Source: Carcharhinus longimanus
Taxonomy: Eukaryota
Length of the DNA stretch: 63,835 nt
NCBI GenBank assembly: GCA_030264375.1
Contig: JASCQW010000099.1
Location: 50,677,770 to 50,741,604 of the forward strand
Direction: 5' to 3'
Of the stretch, positions 51,141 to 60,595 are shown piece by piece (position 1 is the stretch's first letter; each line of letters begins with the position of its first letter). Under the pieces are notes generated by a model. The model ran no database searches, had not been told where the DNA came from, and saw nothing but the letters and a program-made list of their open reading frames with translations. Position numbers and translations under genes: made by a program.

Positions 51141-54100
51141 TCTAGACTTTTGCTGAAATAGTTTTTATGCGACTTCTGTTCTTTCTTTTTGTTGACAACT
51201 ATTATCTTGCACTGCAAAGCCAGAGGTTTAGATCTGTTAAAATTAAAAGTGATTAGGTATCTCATTAGCTGCTTCAGAAGTATGGAAAACCCATATTACT
51301 AGTGCCATGAGCTGTGATTGCCTATCCTTTGTTACTAGTTGGACTTGACACTTAGAGTAATTTTGTTTGCTGATCCTTTCGTCACAGCAAAAGTATTTTA
51401 TGTCTGTTTTTAATAAATTGAGGAACATCTCTTTATTAATAGCCATTCTGCATTTTACTGCCAGAAGAAGCATAAGAGAGAAACTTCCAAATTTCAGTTG
51501 CTGCTGCCAGGAATAAACTAGCTATAATGATCTGGTAATAAAAGACTATACACATTCTCCAAAGCTGTTAATGACTAATAAAGGTGGAAAACATCCAAAT
51601 TGAAACTGGCTTTGTATCTATATATGTTAAATTAAAAATGTTACATTCACACACATTTCCTGTTAACTCAACTTGGCCTGAAAATTGGGCTGCATAAAGC
51701 GTCAAGTTTTCAGGTGCCGTGAAGCCTCCAGTCCGCAAAATGCAGGCAGGAAGCAGGCACACATTTTCGGCCATTTTAGATAAACTCAATAAAGAGACAT
51801 CCTTGACCAAAGCTTAACACTTGCTTGAGGGTCGCACTGCGGGACTGTTTAACATCTGAAGCAGCTCCTCACCTCCCCCCACCGTCCCGGCAATATGGCA
51901 GACTGCACTCAGAAACCAGCCTTGCAAATGCCTGCAACGAATATGTGTAGCTGGGCTGGTGATTGCACATTAAAACAACATTTCTCCTCCTTTCCAACCA
52001 CAAGGTCCCCAACATCTAGGCTCCCTGTGCCCAGGATTCTCAGCCCTCAAGCCTAAATGTTGTGGGTTGCTACTGCTTCCTTCTGCACATCCAGGCTGTG
52101 AGTTGTCCCAACTAACGATCAGTCACCCTTCCTCCCCCTCCCAACCCTGAGGTGCATTATCTCTACCCCTTGCGTCTATGGTCTTTCTCTGAGAACATAA
52201 AATAACTGTGGTCCACAACCACACTTTCAATAATCCAGTCTTCCTCAACTTGCATTCTTGGACTCCTCCCACAGAGCTGTTCCTATTCGAATGAGGTCCA
52301 AGGTCCAATACCTGAAGTTGCTCGGACCTCTTCCATGCATGTGCAGGTAAGTACCTGTTTCAATGGAATGCCCAAAATGAATTCTGTGAAATGTCTCCGC
52401 TCTTGATGCCTTGTCACTTTTTACTGTTATAAGTTGCTGGTTCACGTTTCTAGTGGACTTAGTACAGGTGAAAGTTATCCCCATATTTTCAGTATATATA
52501 TTTGAAATGGAAGAACATAAAATATTACTGTGAAGCGAGAAGAAAACAGGATTAGAGTAGATAGAATAGAACTGGCACATACATGGGTATGATAGCCTAA
52601 TTAGTTTCTTTCTATCCTATAATTTCTATGAATCATAACAGTGTTATGGAACACCAACAGATGCCCATGGTTTATGTAACCACAGTGCATCTCCTCTTCT
52701 ATCCTCGCAATGAAATGAAAAATGTACAGGACTCCAAACAGGAACCAGGATTTAGTGATCTTTGTCTCTGGCGAGGCCTGGGCTTTTCACTCCCCAGTTG
52801 TTTAGGGTGCATCTCTGCCAGACAGGACGTCTGTCCACACATTTGATTTTCAGCCTCAATGACAATTTGCATACTGGAGGCAGTTTCTCTAGTTTCTGCC
52901 AGAGGATAGATTTCTTGCACAGGAGGCCTTGAATATTTTTAGGAAAACCTTTTTGATCCCTGTCTTGGGTCCACTGTGCACGCACAACTCAAGTCACAAG
53001 CTGTGGCTGCCAGGAAAATATTTCATCTCCCTTCCATCAATCGTTTAGTGCCAACGGCCTGGATCAAACAGGGTAGACCTTTCCTCCAGCAGCATTGGAA
53101 ATGGTGAGAACCATAAATGGTGTTGATGTTCCCATCATTTGCATAGAGTTTACATAAACTTGCCTACACATGCATCACTATATTCTCTGGCAGTGAGATT
53201 AGTCTTCCAGAAAAGTAGTGGAGCTATGACAGGGTATGCTCCTGATCACCTTTCCCTCCTGTTGCCCCAGGTGTGCCAGTAAAAATAACCAGCAGTGGAA
53301 AGCCAATGCCACTTTGTAAACAAAACCCATGCTATGGGCTGAGTTTAGCTTCACTGTGCAGCTTCTGACTGAAGGAGCTGATCTGTTGGGAAGTAAATTA
53401 ACAAGTAAGGCAAATAGTGGCTCCTGTCTCCGTGAGAATGCAATGTGCTGTGCAGCGTCCCACATCTGTAGCACTGCTTTGTCATTTCCATCTTGGGTTG
53501 CAGATCTGGAGGTGAGGCATCCTAAACTGGAAGAGGAGAAAAACCTCCTCGGAATGCAAAGTGCATGTCAGGGTGCAATCCCTTTAAGAACCAGCAGTGT
53601 TATTGTCTGAATTATCTTTACTTCTCACAGGCAAGTCAGTTTGAGATTTTCCCAAGGTGAAAGTTTTACAATTGGTGACCTCATGTTCCTCCTTCTGACT
53701 TGCATGCAAACTGGTTGCAGAGACCAAGGAAAAGAGGTAAAACAAGAAAGAGGAAGTGAAAAGTGGAGAGAGAGAGAAATGTAAATGAGCACATAGTGTA
53801 ATAAAAAGAGGGGGAGGACTTGGAAACTGGGTGTGCAGTGAGTTCAAAATGTGCAGAACATTTGGAGGTTGGATACAGTGTTTCATCATGAAGATGTGAT
53901 CCACTCGCTAGCTATTATGCAAAGATCTAGTCCATTACGCCAAAGGTTCAATCCCTATCTTTAAATTAAGCAAAGTTTAAGGTGGGGGAACTTGGGGCGG
54001 GATTTTTTGGCCACGCTCACCCCAAAAGTGGAAAATACCACCCAAAGTCAGCAAACTTTTGCATGATCCGACCACCACCAACTCCCCCACCCGCGACGGT

Positions 54101-55994
54101 TTCCACGGCTGGCGGGATGGGTAAATTCCACTCTTGGAGCCTTGACAGGATTGATGGGATGCATATATTCAGCATTCTAAATGGATATCAGATTTGGCAA
54201 AATTAGCATGCAGATGTAACCTCTGTTTGCTGCACTGCACCAAAGTTTTTTTTCTGATGTTGGGATATAGTGAATGTGGATCAGAATTTGATTGTGGGAT
54301 TTGTTTTGTTGCCTGATTTTATAGATTTTCTTGTCTTAGCCCTCCCTTCCTAAAGATGGTGCAAGATATTAGAATCAACAACAATGATCCTACAGACACT
54401 GCAAATATAGTGAAATGTGCCTTCTACTTATTATAGTACTTACATTCTTCTTATAGTATTGACCAAAGGTAGAGACCAAGTCCCAGAGCTGTCATGTCTC
54501 TTTTCAAATCTCATTTTGCACCAAATACTTAACATTGGAGCATGAACGTATCATTCTCCTCCTTCTCCACCACCACCGCACCTCCGCCGCCCCGGCCACC
54601 CTCCCCCCCACCTCCGCCACCCGCCAATCCCACTGCACTCACCCTTGGGCCAGTTGAGGCCACTGGGTGGCCAATTTATGGCATCCAGCCACCACCTTGC
54701 AGATTTTACTTGTGATGGGCAGGTGAGCAGCAGGTGTCCAGCCCACAATGTTACACCTGGACCAGTAGATGGGCAAAGGTGGGAGTGTCTCCTTTTCAGG
54801 AACCATTGTGTCCATCGGAGGCCACCCACCCCCCCCGCCTCCCCACCTCGTGCAACCATGGTAATCTTTGCCCACGTCCCCACATATACCTTAAAAGTGC
54901 AGGTTCCATCTCCTCTTTGGGGCTGCAGTGGCCACCACTCTTGTGGGTGCTGCTGAGACAAGGTAGTTGTTGGCTGTCTGGCCAGCTCTTGGAGGCGGGA
55001 CTATTCTTGGAAGGAGTAGAATGCCTGCCTTTAGCTGATTAAAGCCCAAGAGCCATTAAATCAGTGGTAGGTGAGCCAATCCTGCACAAGTGGGCTTGCC
55101 ACCAACCTTGGTGATGGGAAGGGGGGAACCACTCCCAGTGTAAAGTTCAGTCCACAATTTAGTGGTGGTTAACTTGATATTCAACCTGGCCATTTAGCAG
55201 CAACAGAAAACTGCATTGATAGAGCACTCCTCACATCAGTCTTTAAACAGATAAATGCATTCTGAATGAGCTGCAATTCATAGGGAGTGAAAGCAGATAA
55301 ATTGATCAGGAAAGCATTTGCGAAGCTGACCTTCAAGCGATTTGCAATCTCCCATTGTGGCAGAAACATGAGGAAGCAGAGTTGTTTTTACCTTGGTCTT
55401 GACGACCAAACAGAAGAAAATCAACTTGGGGTCAAACCACAGTCACCACTCGATCTCCGTTGACCTGTGATGACAGTCAGGAAAGTTAATGGAATTGAAC
55501 AGAGGCACATGGAAGCAAAACAATGCCTCCTGTTTTGCTTACATTGTTAGAAAAATTTTTGATTTGTTCAAGACTTGATATTGGTTAGGTAAATTTGGAA
55601 ATAAAGTCCTGAAGTCGCACAGGTATCTTCAAATTTCGATCACCTGAAATGAAAGAGAGGGATAAAGGTAAGCGATCAGAAGATAGAGCAATGAATGATG
55701 AATGGCTGGTGAAAGAAGTAAAAAAGGAGAAAGAGGATACATGTGCAATGTCTCCTCCAGTGTTGCCACTTGCCATGTCCATGTCTCTTCACCCTGCCCA
55801 ACAGCCAATGAGTGGCGTTGTCCACGGCAGCTGCATGCTGAACCATCCTAATAGGTTCCCAGCAAGAATTTAAATGCTGCCTTAGGCCACGTGCACAAGT
55901 GTGTGCACCACTTGCCCAGTCTCTTACCTACTCATTTTTGGAGATGGTTCAATTCTTGAGCCATAATGTCTGACATTTTGCAAAGGAAGCTCAT

Positions 55995-56148
55995 TTAAAA
56001 AGTACTTGGATCTTTATCTGAAATGCTGTAATCCGCAAGGCTACAGACCAGGTGCTGGAAAATGGGATTAAAATGAGCGGCTAGTGTTCTTTCCTTTCAG
56101 CTGGCACAGACAGTGGACTGAATGGCCTCTTTCTACACCATGGTTCTA
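55995..56148 (+). mobile_element. Short CR1 3'UTR fragment
   Basis: tttaaaaagtacttggat...caaggctacagaccaggtgctggaaaatgggatta...ggactgaatggcctct. Confidence 0.7.
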
Positions 56149-57028
56149 ACCCATGTTGCCATTTGCACTCGTTGCAGAGTAGTTTGTTCAGAGCTGACCA
56201 CTTGTTTTTACTGGGAAGGGGTTAAAGTGCGGATTGACTCCAGCTAGATTCTAATCCTAATTGCAGGTTAGTGGTTTTAAATTGGTGTATCTCATTCACT
56301 TTCATGGGCTCTGCCAGCTTAAGACAGCTGAGCACTGAGCATAATCGAGCTCCCGGACATCCAGTATTATTTAAAGTGGCAACACAAAGCTTTAATCAGG
56401 AAACCATACAATCAGCAGCAAATTTAATGTCCCTTATATTTCTGACCAAAGCGTATTAAAGTTGTGCAGTATTTCAAAATGTAAAGATTACTTCAAGATA
56501 CTTTTGAAATATTTTCCTCACAGTTATCACCACTGCTGTTTTTTGTAGATTTTATGCAATATTTTGAACTTGGTACCCACATAGGTCATGGAAATTATAT
56601 CCTACCACCTTTCAAAGGAACAAAAACCTACTTAATCGTTCACATCCTAGTAGTTAGTTCAGTTTTGAGACAATTTGCAGTCTACTTGTGTTTTCTATGT
56701 ACTCTCTCTTCACATTTCATTGTGGATGTATACCAGTAAATGAGAAGTGAATGCACTGTGGAGAAACCAGTCGAGGGATATTGTGGCTTTGCTGTGGGCA
56801 ATATTATAGGCACTATATTACTGATGAGCTTTCTCTCTGGTGCATACTTAACTCTTTATTTGCATCATCCTGAATTGCTCTGCACAGAATAATGTGAATT
56901 GTTGCTATTGTAATCCAGTAAAGAGAAATGGTTTTGCTTCTTTTAAAGAAGTGTGCAGGATTGCCTCAATTCATGTGCAGCTGCCAATTGGTTAGCATAT
57001 GTTTAAGCTAGTCTTTGCTTATTGGTAA

Positions 57029-57648
57029 TAAAAAAGCAAAAATGCTGGGAAAACTTAGCAAGTCAGGCAGCGTTTGTGGAGAAAAACATTAATGTTTCAG
57101 GTAGAATGACCTTTTCATCAGAGCTGAAGAATGATAGAAATTTAAGAGTTGCCATTGCATCATGAAATCTTTTGTTATTTAATCACCGCTGCCCTCAGCG
57201 CCAGGGATCGGGGTTCGATTCCCGGTTTGGATCACTGTCTATGCAGAAGTCTGCACGTTCTTCCTATGTCTGCGTGGGTTTCGTCTGGGTGCTCCAGTTT
57301 CCTTCCACAGTCCAAAAGATGTGCTGCTTAGGTGCATTGGCCATGCTAAATTCTACCCTCAGTGTACCCGAACAGATGCCGGAGTGTGGCGACTGGGAGA
57401 TTTTCACAGTAACTTCATTGGAGAGTGTCAATGTAAGCCTGCTTGTAATACTAATGAATAAACTTAACAGTCACAGAGATTCATGGGTTTAAAAACTCAG
57501 TTCTATTGCTCTTTCGTTCTAATGGAAGGTCAGTTGACCTGAAATGTTAATTCTGTTTCTCTCTGCTGATGCTGTCTGACCTGCTGAGTTTTTCCAGCAT
57601 TTTTTTGATTCTATTTCAGTTTTCCTGCTATCCGCAGTATTTGCTTTT
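57029..57648. mobile_element. Penelope-derived inverted-repeat element with a SINE inserted in its spacer
   Basis: Left arm aaaatgctgggaaaacttagcaagtcaggcagc...ttaatgtttcaggt is inverted to right arm acctgaaatgttaa...gctgtctgacctgctgagtttttccagcattttt. Confidence 0.8.
57184..57465 (+). mobile_element. V-domain SINE (5'-truncated) with alternative tail; CpGs retained
   Basis: cagcgccagggatcggggttcgattcccggtttggatcactgtct...gtctgcgtgggtttcgtctgggtgctccagtttcc...cagtaacttcattg...gtaagcctgcttgtaatactaatgaataaactt. Confidence 0.85.
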
Positions 57649-58254
57649 GTGCGTTTTGCTTATTATTATTTCTGGCAGATACTTGAGTCACTTCAGAATC
57701 TTGCTGCACAGCAATCAATTGAATGAAATAAAAATAATGCTTTCCAGGCAGCTCCGTACTGCCCCTCGAGCTAGTGCCATGCAAATCGGAGTTGCCAAAC
57801 AATGGCACACTCGTAGCTCCCAGCCACTTGAGTATAGTCCATGTGGTGCGCTATGTTGGTAAGAGCACTAGCATGGTCTGGGCACTTCCAAACTGGGCAG
57901 ATTGTGATACCAAACAGCCTCTTGGAATTGATTTGATGCACGCATTGCCAATTTGAACCTCGTAGATCCAGTTAGCGCCATGTCCTGAACATTCCCAGCT
58001 GAAGAAGCTTTCAGCTTTGAGGCCTCCCTCATGAATGTTGTTTAAAGGGCCCACCATCCAAGCTACAGATGAGGTACCTCTGACTTGGTGCTTCCACTAA
58101 TTTTGCAAATACAAATATAACGTTCTCTTGGAGTGTTTTGGTGACTTGTTGGACTATTGTTGCTGCATCGTGAAAAGGAGACCAGTGCAGTTTTGGGCCC
58201 TGGACACAAAAAGCCTGCTGGAGTTATGAGGGCTGTGGGGGAGGGGGGATTTTC

Positions 58255-58790
58255 TGGCAGCACTTTCTTATCTCCACCTTAACCAGGGGCTATATTAGAG
58301 ATGCCTATGATTCAACAAGGAAATAAGTGGTGCTACTTCCTGCAATAGGGCAAGGATGGCACTGCCAGCGGTCATCAAGGACATCTTTGTGCTGAGCTTC
58401 TGTGGAAGTAGATCCTCCCAGCTATCTACAGGTGACAGCCAACATTTCCCTGTTTGCTATTGAATTGGGGGGGTGGGGGGGGGGGGGGGGGGGCGGTGGT
58501 GACAGGTGCACTTTAAACCAAAANNNNNNNNNNNNNNNNNNNNNNNNNNNNNNNNNNNNNNNNNNNNNNNNNNNNNNNNNNNNNNNNNNNNNNNNNNNNN
58601 NNNNNNNNNNNNNNNNNNNNNNNGGGGGTGACAGGTGCACTGTATACCAAAAGAGGAGACTTCATGATCTTTTCTCTTACCATATGGACGTAAGAGAAGT
58701 GGATGCTTGATTTTACCAGGATGGCAAGATGCCCAATAATGCAGGGAGCCATCTGTTGCACTGGCTCTATCCAAATGCATTTGGTGAGAA
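58255..58790 (+). pseudogene. Fossil PIF/Harbinger DDE transposase
   Basis: Manual translation across frameshifts: SYLHLNQ / RCL*FNKEI / CYFLQ / RARMALPAVIKDIFVLSFCGSRSSQLSTGD / NISLFAI / VTGALYTKRGDFMIFSLT / FTRMARCPIMQGAICCT. These are collinear with Harbinger motifs ALPVAVKVT-AL-F-ASGSFQ--TGD, ISQ, VT-ALY and FARIAGFP-VQGAIDCTH. Confidence 0.8.
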
Positions 58791-59344
58791 ACCATGTCAA
58801 ATTTGGAACGAAACTCTTCCCTGATTCTTGACTGAAACAAGAGACTGCCAGCAGGCCTTACAAAGTGCCCAGCATCTGGTCTGCATGCTATTCAGTCCTC
58901 TCCTATACACCACCCCATCAAAGTCCTCATCTGAGTCCCCTCTAGCAGAATTCATTTGCAACCTGGTCTTCTGGCAACTGCGCCATCATTTCCCCCTGGC
59001 TTGGCTGCATCTTATTTGTGCCTGGTGATTGACTGCTTACAGAATCTGACTCTGTAAGATGAGTTGTACAAATATTTGAGCTGGGGACTGCAATCATCAT
59101 ATCAAGTACTTCTTCCTGAGTGGTCTTAAGCAGATTTCACACTTCCTCATGAGGCTGTAGTGGATGGCCAAGTGCTGCTACTTGGGTATCTGAAAGTATA
59201 AATGCAGAAGGGAAGAGAAAGAGGAATGGGTGGAATGTGAGAAACCCATGATCACGCCATCTCCAGTTTTCAATTCATGCCAGGTAGCAGAATGAGGATG
59301 AGAGTTGAAAGGAAGGAATAAGGCAGAATGTTCTTGGTGATGCT

Positions 59345-59712
59345 GTGTTCTCTACAGCCATCCCGATGGTGCTGAGCACTGCCTCACTTAGAGGGCTCGG
59401 GTAATACAGCCTCCCTCGAGTCCTTTCTATGAGCCACCTTGTTCTGTAAAAGAAAAGGAAGAATATCAGAGATTCTGTTTGGGTAGTGTTCCTATCATGG
59501 CTGAAGAGTTGGAGCTATTTGGAAGCAGTGAGGTAGGTATGAGACTGGCAAAATTGGAAAATGCGTAAGGGCGAAGTAGAGCTTCTGCTTAAGTGATTGG
59601 ATGTGGTGCATTGAGCAGTGTGAGAGGTTGGTACAGTGGATAGGATTGCACTGAAGGTGCAATCACTGATTTTGATCACGTGTGAGGTCTTTGAACTCCA
59701 TGTGGTACTCCT
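59345..59712 (-). pseudogene. Fossil Harbinger Myb/SANT-like gene (two exon remnants)
   Basis: Reverse strand gives EFKDLTR (59700-59680; cf. KKFNDLTR), an intron-like stretch ending ttccttttcttttacag, then NKVAH... and LSEAVLSTIGMAV. It lies convergent to the transposase. Confidence 0.55.
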
Positions 59713-59719
59713 TTTTATG

Positions 59720-59975
59720 TTCATTCAAGGGATGTGGGTATCATTGGCTAGGCCAGCATTTATTGCCCATCCCTATATGCTCTTGAGAAGTTGGTGGTGA
59801 GCTGTCTTCAAGAACCTCAGCAGTCCCAGAGCTCTAGGTATACCCACAGTGCTGTCATAGAGAGAATTCCAGGACTTTGACCCAGTAACACTGAAGGAAT
59901 GGTAATATATTTTCAAGTCAGGATGGTGTGTGGCTTGGAAGAGAATTTGCAGATGGTAGTATTCCCAGGTACTGC
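59720..59975 (-). mobile_element. LINE 3' end (same family as 15372)
   Basis: gggatgtgggtatcattggctaggccagcatttattgcccatccct...gaattccaggactttgacccagtaacactgaaggaatgg. Confidence 0.8.
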
Positions 59976-60204
59976 TTCAGTATTTGAGGAGTTGCAAATG
60001 GTGCTGAACAATGCGTATAGTTACCTGTTACGAGGTTCTCGGGAATTCAGCTACCTCGCCAACTGCTCCCTCCTTTCTCAGGGTTTGCCTTCAATGCCTT
60101 CTGACACTCTGCAAACATTATCTCTGGCTGATCATCAAATTAAATACTATGATGCCACCTGCCACCTACCACCTCCTCCACCCCCAGCTTCCTCCCTCCC
60201 CTCT

Positions 60205-60595
60205 ATCCTTAAAAGCTTTTTCTAATTCCTTCTTGAAATCACATCACATTTTGGCCTCAACTACTTTCTGTGATAGTGAATTCTACAGATTCACCACTTG
60301 CTGGATGAAGGAATTTCTTCTTGCCTCGGTCCTGAAAGATTTACCCCTTATCCTCAAACTATGACCCCTAGTTTTGGATTCCCCCACCACTGGGAGCACT
60401 CTTTCTGAATCTACCCTGTCTAATCCTGTTAGAATTTTATGTTTGTATGAGATCCCGTCACCCTCTTCTAAACTTCAATGAATATAATCCTAACCGACTT
60501 GGTCTGTCATGTAACTACCCTGCCATTCCAGGAATCAGTCCAGTAAACCTTCGCTGCACTCCCTAAACAACAAGAACATCCATTCTCAGATAAAA
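60205..60595 (-). mobile_element. CR1 LINE 3' fragment
   Basis: gaattctacagattcaccact...atgacccctagttttggatt...ctaccctgtctaatcctgttagaattttat...cttctaaacttcaatgaatataatcctaaccg (reverse strand RLGLYSLKFRR). Confidence 0.8.

Noticed and set aside
58466-58494. Poly-G run as a functional G-quadruplex or glycine-rich coding region
   Set aside because: It sits at a contig end beside a gap with duplicated flanks, so its length is unreliable and may be a sequencing artefact.
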